Below, piece by piece: positions 34,227 through 47,154 of a stretch of DNA of 64,000 bases. Source of the DNA: Macrostomum lignano (taxonomy: Eukaryota); assembly GCA_002269645.1 (NCBI GenBank), contig NIVC01000046.1, positions 1-64,000 of the forward strand, written 5' to 3'. The notes under the pieces were generated by a model, which worked only from the letters and a program-made list of their open reading frames with translations, made no database searches and had not been told where the DNA came from. The translations under genes and the position numbers were made by a program. Numbering within the stretch: position 1 is the stretch's first letter; each line of letters opens with the position of its first letter.

Positions 34227-35404
34227 TGGAGTGAGCGGTTGACTGCAGACAGGCAGGTAGTGAAGTGGCGATGCGCTGAAGCGACGAGACGCTGATGAAG
34301 CTCAGGTGATGCTGAGCATGCTGGACCGCGGGCCGGCATAGGTTCGTCTTATAGACGAAACGAGTCCAAAGGTAGGACCGAAGGTACAAGCCCTAGGCGT
34401 TAGCCGTAGCAAAGGCCAAAGGCAACCATCCGAAGGAAGGAAAGAAAGACTTCTAGAGGTTCTCACGCCGTAGATCACTTCTTTAAACAGTCCTCACGGC
34501 GGCCGCTCGAAGCTCGTTTCCAAGACTCCCTCTCTCTGATTAGCTGCCGGGAAAATGGCGTCAATTAGTCATGATGAGAAGTATGAGAACGGCATAGCAA
34601 CATGAGAAATGGGAGAATTGCGCAATTTGGAGGAGGGGTGGGGGAAAATGAGCACAGCGGGGAGCCGAAGAAGTGTTGCGTAAGCAAATAAGAACAAAAG
34701 GATCCAGAACGAGAACAAAGGAAATGGAAAACGGGGATAATTGGGGAGAACCGAGAACAATAGCAGAGCAAAAATCGAGAGAGGGGTGCCAATTGGGTGC
34801 GAAAACGAGAACAAAAGAACGAGAAACTCTGAAAAATGTGATAATTATGTGCACAAAGGAGAACAAAAAATAGTAAAAGAGAACAATAGAGGCGGAGGAG
34901 GGGTGGGTGTCGCATGAGAAATCTTGATAAGAGAACAATAGCATGAGAAAAGGTTGCGCAAGAGGAGGGTGATGATCGAGTCATCGGGGTGAGGGAGGGG
35001 TCAGGAGCCTTGCGTCACCATTTGGGATTCTAAAAGGAGATGGGGTGACGAGGAGCACAAACAATACTCTAAGTAGGCACGGGATGAAGAAGGGACAGCG
35101 CAAGAAAACCGTGCTATAACGTTGACAAAAAGATGGGAAACATGAGAAGCACATGATGCATGGGGTGTGGCGCATGAGAAAAGGGGGGCAGGCGAGATGC
35201 ACAAAAAGGGGGCCCCGGAAGGGCAAGTGTGACTGATTGGAAGACGGAACAGGGACAGCAAGGGAACGCTACAGAGCGGGAGTCATTGCGCCTGGTCAGG
35301 GACCCGGTCCAGTCTCGACAGCTCTGCCCAGTGGGTCAAAGGGGATCGGGGACATTTCGAAAAATCTCCTGACATGACCCCGCGATCAAAACGTGGTTAC
35401 ATCA

Positions 35405-35930
35405 ACTTGATGAACCAAGGATTACTGCACTTGATGAACCAAAGATTATTGCACTTTATGAACCAAGGATTATTGCACTTGATGAACCAAGGATTCTTGC
35501 ACTTGATGAACCAAGGATTCTTGCACTTGATGAACCAAGGATTCTTGCACTTGATGAACCAAGGATTATTGCACTTGATGAACCAAGGATTACTGCACTT
35601 GATAAACAAAGGATTACTGTACACTTGATAAACCAAGGATTATAACACTTGGCAAACCAAGGATTACTGCACTTGATAAACCAAGGATTATTGCTCATAA
35701 TAAGCCAAGGATTATTGCACTTAGCAAACCAAGGATTACTGCACTTGATAAACTAATGATTTTTGCTTGATAAACCAAGGGTTACTGCACTTGATAAGCC
35801 AAGGTTTAATGCACTTAATAAACCAAGGATTATTGCACTTAATGAACCAAGGATTACTGCACTTGATAAACTAATGATTATTGTACTTGATAAACCAAGG
35901 ATTACTGCACTTGATGAACTAAGGATTATT
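35405..35930. repeat. 24-bp minisatellite (target of LTR Y2)
   Basis: AACCAAGGATTATTGCACTTGATG, about 20 copies; one more partial unit lies left of Y2 at ~28658-28675. Confidence 0.95.
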
Positions 35931-36650
35931 GCTAAGGATCTTGCCATCTTGGGGTATGCTATCTGGGGGATACTTGGGATTGTATTTTGGGGTTCTTGCT
36001 ATTGTTTGGGGGGTGCTTGCTGTTGTAATTGGGCGTATGCTTTGTATCTTGGGGGGGGGGGTAGGATGCTTGCTGTCTGGGTTGCTCTCTATCTTGGGGT
36101 ACTTGCTATCTGGGAAGGGGTGCATGCTACCGGAGGATGCTTGCTATTTAGGGGGATGCTTGCGGTCTGAGTTATAGATTCTATTAGGACAAATGCGTGT
36201 TGTCTTTGTGAAGGCTTTTTTGTTGTATTTTTTTCGTATTTTTGTTACTTTCACAAAATAGAGATTCTTAGCAAACATCTTTGTCCGTGACAATTTTACT
36301 CGAACAAGGTGATTTATAAAACAGAAGAAGGAATTGGTTCTTTGATTGCTTATTGTGCGCCCCGTAAGGGGGCACTAGATTTATAGTGCTTAGCTTAAAA
36401 AATAATATCATAAAAAGATGTTCGCGAAATTCCCGCCTCACTCAATGTTCGAGTTGTACTTTAGTTTTCACGTTGTTTCACTGTCACTTTCTCTCTCTCT
36501 CCCTCCCGTGACTGGTCATTCTTGCGCGCTATCGTTTTACCCCTAACAGTTTGTACATTTGCGCTTGCCAGTGAGCATGGTTCTGTTCAATCGTAGTCTT
36601 CTTCGCTTGCAAACATGACCTGGCTCAGTTTTGCCTAGACCAACACTCAC

Positions 36651-39600
36651 CCCGCTCCAATGGGATCCAGCAGCCGCAGCACCTGCCGCCGCTCGAATCG
36701 CTCTGCCACCTGCGCACACGTCAGACCCTGACCGTCTCGATGACTCGCATCCGCTCCTCTGTCCATCAGAGCCTTGGCTGCTCGCACGTGACCGGCTTCG
36801 CACGCTCGTGACAGAGCAGTCCGACCCTGACTGTCTTCAGCACGCACTGACGCACCGAGATCGATGAGTTTCTCAATGAGCTCGTGATGACCTGCATCAG
36901 CTGCCAGCATGAGAGCAGTGGCTCCAGTGCTGTCTGGCAGATCGACATGCTGTGTGCTGACTCGCTCATCATTGATCAGTGTGACAGCAAGAGCGACGTG
37001 TCTTTGAGAGATGGAGAGACGGAGCAGCTGTGTGATGTGAGCTGGCTGCATTCGAGAGAATGTTTTTTTGAGAACAGAGTTCCTGCCTTCGATGGCCATT
37101 GCTGCGGTGAAGTTGAGGATGGTGCTGGATTGGAAGAGCCAGTCGGGCTCGAGGCCGAGGGAGGCAACGACATCTTCGTGAAGACGAGAGCAAGCCATGA
37201 CTGCGCAATGGATACGCAGATTCGCTCTCTGATCCGGACTTGAGAGGCACGAGATGAGAAAATCAACCGCTTCTCCTTGATTCTTTTCTGTAGCATATTT
37301 GGCAGCCTGGATGCAGTACTGATTTCTTTTTCTTTGGTCAGCGACTGTCAGCACAAGAAACTTGACGACTTCCCAATGATAATTGTCAGCAGCAGATTCA
37401 GCAGCCTCGATGCAGCACTGATCTCTTCTAGTTTGGTCAGCGACTGTCGCCACGAGAAACTTGACGACTTCCCACTGACCACTGATTACAGCTATTCTCG
37501 CAGCCTTGATGCAGCACTGATCTCTTTTTGTTTGGTCAGCGACTGTCGGCACGAGAAACTTGACGACTTTCCACTGATAATTGTCAGCAGCAGATTTGAC
37601 AGCCTTGATGCAGCACTGATCTCTTTTTGTTTGGTCAACGACTGTCGGCACGAGAAACTTGACGACTTTCCACTGATAATTGTCAGCAGCAGATTTGACA
37701 GCCTTGATGCAGCACTGATCTCTTTTTGTTTGGTCAACGACTGTCGGCACGAGAAACTTGACGACTTCCCACTGATCATTGTATGCAGCAGATTCTGCAG
37801 CCTTGATGCAGCACTGATCTCTTCTTGTTTGATCAGCGACTGTCGGCACAAAAAACTTGACCACTTCTAAGTGACCATTTCTTGCAGCAGATTTGGCAGC
37901 CTTGATGCAGCACTGATCTCTTTTTGTTTGGTCTGCGACTGTCAGCACAAGAAACTTGACGACTTCTAAGTGACCTTTTCTTGCAGCAGATTTAGCAGCC
38001 TTGATGCAGCACTGATCTTTTTTTGTTTGGTCAGCGACTGTCGGCACGAGAAACTTGACGACTTCTAAGTGACCATTTATTGCAGCAGATGTGGCAGCCT
38101 CGATGCAGCAATCATATCTTTTTGTTTGGACAGCGACTTCAGGCACGAGAAACTTGACGACTTCTAACTGACCATTTCTTGCAGCAGATGTGGCAGCTCT
38201 GATGCAGCACTGATCTCTTTTTGTCTGGTCAGCGACTGTCGGCACGAGAAACTTGACGACTTCTATCTTACCTTTGTGTGCAGCACATTTAGCTGCCTCG
38301 ATGCAGCAATCATATCTTTTTTTTTGGTCCGCGACTTTAGACACGAGAAACTTGACGACGTCCCACTGATAATTGTCAGCAGCAGATGTGGCAGCCTGGA
38401 TGTAGCACTGATCTCTTATTGTTTGCTCAGCGACTTTAGGCACGAGAAACTTGACGACTTCCCACTGATCATTGTCAGCAGCAGATTCAGCAGCCTCGAT
38501 GCAGCACTGATCTCTTTTTATTTGGTCAGCGACTTCAGGCACGAGAAACTTGACGACTTCCCACTGACCACTGATTACAGCTATTTTTGCAGCCTTGATG
38601 CAGCACTGATCTCTTATTGTTTGCTCAGCGACTTTAGGCACGAGAAACTTGACGACGTCCCACTGATAATTGTCAGCAGCAGATGTGGCAGCCTCGATGC
38701 AGCACTGATCTCTTCTTGTTTCGTCAGCGACTGTCGCCACGAGAAACTTGACCACTTCTAACTGACCATTGTATGCAGCAGATGTGGCAGCCTTGATGCA
38801 GCACTGATCTCTTCTTGTTTGGTCAGCGGCTGTCGACACGAGAAACTTGACCACTTCTAACTGACCATTGTATGCAGCAGATGTGGCAGCCTCGATGCAG
38901 CACTGATCTCTTCTTGTTTGGTCAGCGGCTGTCGACACGAGAAACTTGACCACTTCTAACTGACCATTGTATGCAGCAGATGTGGCAGCCTCGATGCAGC
39001 ACTGATCTCTTCTTGTTTGGTCAGCGACTGTCGACACGAGAAACTTGACCACTTCTAACTGACCATTGTATGCAGCAGATGTGGCAGCCTCGATGCAGCA
39101 CTGATCTCTTTTAGTTTGGTCAACGACTGTTGGCACGAGAAACTTGACGACTTCCCACTGATAATTTTCAGCAGCAGATGTGGCAGCCTCAATGCAGCAC
39201 TGATCTCTTTTTGTTTGGTCAGCGACTGTCGGCACGAGAAACTTGACCACTTCTAACTGACCATTGTATGCAGCAGATTTAGCAGCCTTGATGCAGCACT
39301 GATCTCTTCTTGTTTGGTCAGCGACTGTCGGCACGAGAAACTTGACGACTTCCCACTGGTAATTGTCAGCAGCAGATTCAGCAGCCTCGATGCAGCACTG
39401 ATCTCTTCTTATCTTGTCAGCGACTGTCGCTACAAGAAACTTGACGACTTCCCAATGATCATTGTATGCAGCAGATTTTGCAGCCTCGATGCAGCAATCA
39501 TCTTTTTTTGTTTGGTCAGCGACTGTCGGTACGAGAAACTTGACCACTTCTAACTGACCATTGTATGCAGCAGATTTGGCAGCCTTGATGCAGCACTGAT

Positions 39601-39994
39601 CTCTTCTTGTTTGGTCAGCGACTGTCGGCACGAGAAACTTGACCACTTCTAACTGACCATTGTATGCAGCAGATGTGGCAGCCTCGATGCAGCAATCATA
39701 TCTTTTTGTTTTGTCAGCGACTTTAGACACGAGAAACTTGATGACTTCCCACTGATCATTGTATGCAGCAGATTCTGCAGCCTCGATGCAGCACTGATCT
39801 CTTCTTGTTGGGTCAGCGACTTTAGAGACGAGAAACTTGACTACTTTTAACTGACCCTTTCTTGCGGCAAGTTTAGAATACCTTTTGCAAAAAAGATATT
39901 TTCTGTTTGTCTCTCTCTGAAGGTCCAGATGATGTTGGAGTGCCTGGATATTTCCTGTCTTGGCGGCCTCATCGGATCTGATCTGTTGGCTCAT
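36651..39994 (-). CDS. ANK-cGLR paralog B exon 1: ~27 atypical ankyrin repeats, constant region, 3 canonical ankyrins
   Basis: 33-aa repeats such as DQCCIEAATSAAYNGQLEVVKFLVPTVADQTRR; C-terminal GATALMLAADAGH and GRTALSRACEAGH. The ORF stop lies inside donor GG|GTGAGT (phase 2). Confidence 0.92.
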
Positions 39995-40272
39995 TTCGCT
40001 TGGTGTGCTGGTGCGTGCTTCATCTGGAAGGTACGTAAATAGTTTTCTCCTGGTTTATTACGAGTACTTTAATGGATTTAGAGAAACGGTCAGAGAGAAA
40101 AAGGGTGGCGTCGTGATTTTGAAGACTTGTCAAGGGTATGCCCAATGATTCCTAGATGTTGTCAGAGTGGCAGATGTCAGTCACGGCTGCAGTCAGAGAG
40201 GCATGCATTTCAAACGTATGTGCAACAGGTTGCCAAAGTCTCTCAGCTGCCCACACTCTGTAGTCTCATGCA

Positions 40273-40452
40273 AGGCCGACCACCCCGGCCTGAGCAGCCG
40301 AAACTTCTCTCCCGAGCATGAGCGCTGAGTCGCCGCCTTCGCCTCTGTGCACCCAGCATGGCAACGGAGAGTCTGCGGTTGCAGCTGCCACGCCAAGCTG
40401 TACTTGATGAGGCTGAGCTGACCCATTGGGCCTCAGTGCAGTCTGAGATCTT
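40273..40452 (-). promoter_or_regulatory. Conserved upstream block shared by paralogs B and C (candidate 5' UTR exon or promoter)
   Basis: High-identity match to 54403-54583. All three paralogs have a splice acceptor ~29 nt before the ATG, implying an upstream exon. Confidence 0.45.
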
Positions 40453-43031
40453 AAAATCTCTTCTACTGAGCAGTGTAAGTAGTCACGGTGGTCAGGTCTC
40501 AGCCCAGAGTAAACCTGAACTCGAGGGAAAAAGAGGGGAGCGAGAAAAACAGGGGAAAGAAGAGGGGAAGAAGGAGGGAGAAGAGAAGGAGAAGCCAGTC
40601 TGTGAATTCGGAGTAAAGGATTCAGTGAGTGGGAAATCGACAGCTCACTCCAACGCCAACACAGCAGACTGCAGCAGGGCAGTGCAGGACTCACCGATGG
40701 CCAGTTCTGAACTCGCAAGGCTTCTGGCAGCAGAGACTCGCAGAGAAAGCACAACTCTCAAAAGCAGACAGGGCGCTCTGCAATAACCAAACACAGTACT
40801 TGTGGAAAAAGAAGAGACCAAATAAATTATGGTGGGCTGCTACAGAGGTATTGAACGCTGGTTGGAAAGCAATCTGGAAGAGAATGGCAAGCCAAAAGTC
40901 AAGCAAAGCACAGAAATGCACAGCAGAGTGAGCGCTTGTCGAAACGAGCGTACAAAGCCGTCACAGAAAGTCGACAGGAGGGCTGATGGTGCAAGCACAG
41001 AGCACAGGAAAGAAGGCCCTGCCCGCACACCAATGAGTACAATTTGACAGCGCATTGGCAGGAGAAGCGGGTTGGAAACGCATATGGCCATCTCATTTTG
41101 GCCAGACTAGCAGAGGCAGAGGCAGACAGAGTCATACATTCAGTGCTGGCTCCTCATCTTAACAATTTGCGTGACCTCATGAGATTGCACAGATTAGCAA
41201 GGTGAAACCAAAGCACTTGTCTCCAAACCGATTGAAGAACCGAGTCGAGGCAGTTGGAAATATCTTCTGAGGCGATTCTTTTTCGAAAAGCGCAAACAGG
41301 ATGGGAGCAAGTGCAATGCTTTAATTCAGCTGTTGCATGGGAGTGACTGTCTACATTTACACAGTTAATAATGTGATGAACTTTTGGACAATTGTTTTCC
41401 ACTTTTAACTACTTTTTGCCTCGTTGTTGCACACTTTTGTATTCATCTTGCTTCTACTCGTATGAGACGATTGAATCGTTTAAGTCCTAAAATCGTTTCT
41501 TTCTGAGTCCTCAACCTATCGTTTCTGAGTCCTCGTTTTGAGGACTGAGAAGAAATTTAATGGCTCGAAAAATACAATATCATCCAGTTGTAGACAGCAG
41601 ACACAGACAATACCGTCGACAAATCGACAGTCATGCACAATATCACAGAATCAGGGTGTTACAGTGTGCTGTTGCCTGTTAGAAATGCAACCTGCCGGCC
41701 CCCTGCTGTGCGGCGAGTCTCAAAGCCTGCCGCACCGGTCCGGGCTTCTCCCACTGCCAGCTCTGTTTTTTATTCATATTTACAAGCGACCTGACCGGCT
41801 GTTCAAAGTGACGCCTCACCCTACTGGCAGTAGTATATCGTCTGCGTGTCTCTAATTATTATTATCCTTTGTTATAATCGCTGTTGTTTCAAGTGGCACC
41901 AATTTAAACAGTTAATTGGGTTATCAGTTATCTGTAGGAATGTGAGATGGTCAGTCAGCTTCTGCTAATCATCCGGCCCCATATTGAAGTGACTGTGAGG
42001 CTGTGACGGCTTCGTTAGCGCCGGGGGCGTCAGCACATTTTCCCAGCCTAATCGCAAGCCTAACTGACAGCTCACTTCAATGCCAGCCCAGCAGACTGAA
42101 GCAGGGCAGAGAAGGACTCACCGATTGCCAGTTATGATTTTGAACTCGTCAATCTGCAGATGGAGCGGCAGGCAGAGACTCGCAGTTTGCAGAGAAGGCG
42201 GAACTTGCAAAAGCAGACAGGAGGCTCTGCAGCAAGCAAACACGGTACTTGAGATGAAATGAAGAGACAGAGGGTCAGAGGTAGGAAGACCAAACAATGC
42301 AGGGGAGAGCTGGAGGGAAGGCTGGGAGGGAAACGGAGCTTACGCAGCCGTCACAGAAATTCATTCCCGTACATCCGGATGGCTGACAGGGCAACTGCAG
42401 GTAATCCCTACCCTCAGACAATTGAGTAGAACTTGGCTGCGTACTGGCAGAAGTGGGGCCGAAACGCACATTGCAAAGCGGAACCTCTGGTCCACCCCAG
42501 AACAATGGATGAGCTGGCCGCGGGGAGCGCAGCAGACGTGGAAGGCTTAGGCGGCCCAGGCCGGTTCGTTTCCAAAGAGCAGCTTGTGAAGATTGGCGGA
42601 GGCAGCTGACTGTCTGCTCACAATACTACATAACACAACTGAGTTTCATTGGAAACTGAGCTCGAGTTCAATTTTTATGGTACGGGAAGTTTCAAAGAAA
42701 ATATTTTCACTATGTTATAAAACTCAGCCATAAAATTTGTGATGCAGAACACTTTTTTGTTCTGACAGCTCCTATTGTCTCCCGTGTTGCCAGGGCTGAC
42801 CGCTCGTCCACCTGCCCCACAGTGCATTTGCTCTCCTCTTGCTTCCACCATCCTGCTGCAGTTTGAGTTTGAGCAGTGCGGCACGCGGCCATTTTGCAGC
42901 AGGGGCGAATCCACTGGGCTGAGCTGAGGGGCTGCTGCGGAAGCACTGAAGTTTTGAGCTGCCCTTCTGGCGACCCCGCCAGGACAGCCACTGAGGACCG
43001 GCGCTCAAATGCAGCCTCTGCACCGCAGCCA

Positions 43032-43680
43032 TGGCGCCCTTTTCCTGCTGCCCCTGCACTGCGGCCTGGCATTGGCGCCCTTTTGCTGCTGCCCCTGCAT
43101 TGCGGCCTGGCATTGGCGCCCTTTTGCTGCTGCCCCTGCACTGCGGCCTGGCATTGGCGCCCTTTTGCTGCTGCCCCTGCACTGCGGCCTGGCATTGGCG
43201 CCCTTTTCCTGCTGCCCCTGCATTGCGGCCTGGCATTGGCGCCCTTTTCCTGCTGCCCCTGCATTGCGGCCTGGCATTGGCGCCCTTTTCCTGCTGCCTC
43301 TGCATTGCGGCCTGGCATTGGCGCCCTTCTCCTGCTGCCCCTGCATTGCGGCCTGGCATTGGCGCCCTTCTCCTGCTGCCCCTGCATTGCGGCCTGGCAT
43401 TGGCGCCCTTTTCCTGCTGCCTCTGCATTGCGGCCTGGCATTGGCGCCCTTTTCCTGCTGCCCCTGCATTGCGGCCTGGCATTGGCGCCCTTTTCCTGCT
43501 GCCCCTGCATTGCGGCCTGGCATTGGCGCCCTTTTCCTGCTGCCCCTGCATTGCGGCCTGGCATTGGCGCCCTTTTCCTGCTGCCCCTTCACTGTGGCCT
43601 GGCATTGGCGCCCTTTTCCTGCTGCCCCTTCACTGTGGCCTGGCATTGGCGCCCTTTTCCTGCTGCCCGCAGCGGCCTGG
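43032..43680. repeat. 41-bp GC-rich minisatellite (~16 copies)
   Basis: GGCGCCCTTTTCCTGCTGCCCCTGCATTGCGGCCTGGCATT. Confidence 0.95.
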
Positions 43681-43792
43681 AATTGGCGCACTGGAGTGAG
43701 CTGAGGCCAGATTTGTGACTCACTCATTGGTGACTGTGAGCTGAGGCCACATTGGTGACTCACTCATTGAAGACTCACTCAAAGGGGCTCAA

Positions 43793-44055
43793 TGGGGTCA
43801 ATGGGATCAATGGGGTCAACGGGGTCAATGAGGTCGATGGGGTCAATGGGGTCAATGGGGTCAATGGGGTCAATAGGAGTCAATGGTTTCTGTGGTATCT
43901 ACTTTTGTTGAGTGGCTTATCTGTCGATATATGATCACCTACCTGTCACATTTGATATATGATCACCTACCTGTCACGTTTGATATATGATCACCTACCT
44001 GTCACATTAGATATATGATCACCTACCTGTCACAGTTGATATATGATCACCTATC
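43793..44055. repeat. Adjacent 9-bp (AATGGGGTC) and 28-bp (GATATATGATCACCTACCTGTCACATTT) arrays
   Basis: Direct inspection of the sequence. Confidence 0.9.
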
Positions 44056-44334
44056 TTTCACCTTGTTGGCTAGCCTTACCCATTTTTATGATTTCTGCTC
44101 GCACCTGCCAAGTCCAATGGGGTCTCAAAGGTCGAGAGGATTTCAGAGTTTCGAGCTCAGCCAATCAGAGTCGAGCTGGTCATCCCGGGCTCGACCAATC
44201 AGAAAACCCGGAGCTTGATGCAACAAACACGCTGCTGGAATCCCCAGCCTTTAGTCGTTTAGACCGCCAAGGCTTCACCTGGTCGACATGCCGACACCGT
44301 CTGGGTTTGCCACAGCTGAGTGGCATCTCACGAG

Positions 44335-44410
44335 AGCAGAGTCTGCGTGAACTCGGGAAGGAATGAGAAGCGAGGCGGAGAGTCGCAGGAGAGGCGGAAC
44401 CTCCACGCCC
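44335..44410 (-). pseudogene. Relic of a further cGLR last exon
   Basis: Matches the AWRFCLPCDSPPRFPFLPEFTQTL-coding segment at ~22785-22855 and ~49222-49295. Confidence 0.7.
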
Positions 44411-44739
44411 GTGCATGAAGATGTTTTATTATTTTTGTCAATACACCTCGCATCATAATATAAAGTTATTAAATGTTAATTATGCTGAGCATTCTCCTTA
44501 CCTACTACTAACAATCTTAAAAAGCAGTAGTCAGTAGTGACTAAATATTGATGGAGTTGCAGCTCGTGTACCGCCAACCCCCAGGCCACAGAGAGTGCAC
44601 ATGCCTGCCGATTAGACAGTCCGGGCCTCTGTGCACCCTGTGTGATTGTGTGTATGAGCGAGAACACGAAAACCGAATACTAGAGAAATTCATTGACTGC
44701 CAATCAAACATGTCTATAATTAGCAGATCGCGTTGCTAG

Positions 44740-45215
44740 AGGAATCCTTGATCGGGTTGCTAGGGGAATCCTTAATAGGGTTGCTTGGGGAATCCCTAAT
44801 AGGGTTGCTTGGGGAATCTTTGATCACGTTGCTAGGAGAGTCGCGGATCAGGTTAATAGGGGATCCCTGATCAGGTTGCTAGGGGAATCCTTAATCAGGT
44901 TGCTAGGGGAATCGCGGATCAGATTGCTAGGGGAATCCCGGATCAGGTTGCTAGGGAATCCCAGATCAGGTTGTTAGGGGAATCCCGGATCAGGTTGTTA
45001 GGGAATCCCAGATCAGGTTGCTAGGGAATCCCAGATCAGATTGCTAGGGGAATCCCGGATCAGGTTGTTAGGGAATCCCGGATCAGGTTGTTAGGGAATC
45101 CCAGATCAGGTTGCAAGGGGAATCTCTGATCAGGTTGCTAGAGGAATCCCTGATCAGGTTGCTAGGGGAATCCCTGATTAGGTTGCTAGAGGAATCCCTG
45201 ATCAGGTTGCTAGGG
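44740..45215. repeat. ~23-24-bp minisatellite
   Basis: GATCAGGTTGCTAGGGGAATCCC variants, about 20 copies. Confidence 0.9.
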
Positions 45216-46127
45216 GGGTTGCCTGGTCCGAGTAAAAGTTGGGTGTCAGATGTGAGATTTGCATTTGAATAAGGCTGGCAGTTTATAAGAGGTTTATTTT
45301 CGGTCAGTACAGGTGGCTAAATGTGTTTTTGCTTTCAATAGCAATAGCAAGAAGGCCTGGCAATTTTATTTGGTGAGAAAGTTTGGACGCCTGCAAGCCA
45401 GTTCCATGGCAACACGGCCTGATCTGACCCGGCCATCCTGCATCCTCCGGCAGCTCCACCAGAGTCGCAGCTGTCGCAGATCCTGGGCGCTGGTCTCAGC
45501 AGTTTCCGTGAGAACCAGACGTTCTCAGTGCAAACCAGCTTCATTCGGCTGAACTTTTCCAACTTTCACTTGTGCAAGCAATTGAGCATGGGAAGCGCAA
45601 TGAAATCCTGCTGACCTTTTCCAACTTTCACTTGTGCAAACAATTGAGCGTGGGAAGCACAATGAACTCCTGCTGAACTGGTCTTGGCTGTCCTGGGCTG
45701 AGCGGCTCATTGCTGATGTGCGCACTGCTGAGATCCTTGATGCTGCTGATGGTGCGAGCCGAGCTGCGGTGGGTGTTTTTGACAGAGGCTGGCGACCGCA
45801 ATGTTGGGGCCAACTTCTTGACTTTGGTCCCCTCGCTCCAGGCTCTCATCGGGTCCTCTCGCTGCCGTTCAGCCTCGGCCAGGTGACACGACCAGGTGCT
45901 TTTGACCATCCCTGTTCCTAAACTTATGAGCATTTTCTTATGGCTCATATCGTTGATTGGTTCGAATTTCTGGTTGTGAATGATGCAGGGGAATGAAGCT
46001 GGATTGCAGAATTGTTCGGATTTGAGCACTGTTTCTAAGAAGCATTACCAGCTCTCCTTAGCAACCGGATAAGCTTGATGGTTTCCTTAGCAACCGGATA
46101 AGCTTGATGATTTCCTTAGCAACCGGA

Positions 46128-46443
46128 TACAGATGAGTCAGTGGCGCCAATACAAATGAGTCAGTGGCGCCAATACAGATGAGTCAGTGGCGCCAATACA
46201 GATGAGTCAGTGGCGCCAATACAAATGAGTCAGTGGCGCCAATACAGATGAGTCAGTGGCGCCAATACAGATGAGTCAGTGGCGCCAATACAAATGAGTC
46301 AGTGGCGCCAATACAGATGAGTCAGTGGCGCCAATACAGATGAGTCAGTGGCGCCAATACAGATGAGTTAGTGGCGCCAATACAGATGAGTCAGTGGCGC
46401 CAATACAAATGAGTCAGTGGCGCCAATACAGATGAGTCAGTGG
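46128..46443. repeat. 23-bp TGAGTCA-containing minisatellite (~13 copies)
   Basis: Same unit as 13249-13396. Confidence 0.95.
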
Positions 46444-47154
46444 TTTCTGATGTCCGTGAAGATCAATACAGATGATGGCTGCCTGTGGCTGTGTGAGGGC
46501 GGCCCTGCAGTCCGAAGCCCTGCCTCACCGTCAGAGGGCGGCGCAGCTCAGGCAACGCCGAGCGCAGGACTCTGACGGACTCGTTCGAACCGCAGCCTGA
46601 TGCACTTCAGGCTGGCTGCTGCACTTCAGATGCTTCAGAGCGAGTCATCCGCGTTGAGTGGCCACCCACAGCCGGAAGTTCAGGAGGTGCTGCTGTTGAC
46701 GCTGCAGGCAGCCACAGGCGATTCGTTGACTGCCTGCTGGCTGATGAAGTGCTGGCTGACCTTTTTTGACCCACAGCGTTCCATGTGTTTTGTGTTATTG
46801 TTGTCTTTAGGGATCTGCCTGTGATTTGGTTTATCATTATCATATTATATTCAGAATTCAATGCAATCCTCGTGTTGAGCCGCCGTAAAAAAATCAAATT
46901 TTGTTTCCTTAACCAAAAAACTCTTTGCCGCACTTTAAAGGCAGCATTATGGGCAAAAGTCGAAAATTTCGAGACTTCATGCACGAATTCTTCCATTATT
47001 TTCAAATTTATTTTCGAACTGTAACAATCAGGTAAACATAATATAAACCTTCTAGTACTGAAGTACACATTAGGGAATTTTATCATTCATATCGCTTTCT
47101 GACAAATATGAAACAGAAATAAAAAAACAAAATAAAATTTCATGACGGAGATGA

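Noticed and set aside
36647-39994. Stand-alone ankyrin protein ending at the ORF-track stop (also 51881-54151)
   Set aside because: The TGA lies within the GTGAGT donor, an automatic outcome of a phase-2 intron, so it is not evidence of a true end. An intron-retained ankyrin-only isoform is still possible.
42710-43763. Six overlapping long ORFs in all frames
   Set aside because: These arise from a GC-rich 41-bp unit with no stop codon in any frame; there is no evidence of coding.
45313-46790. Assorted 70-130-aa ORFs between paralogs B and C
   Set aside because: No recognisable domains and no consistent splice model.
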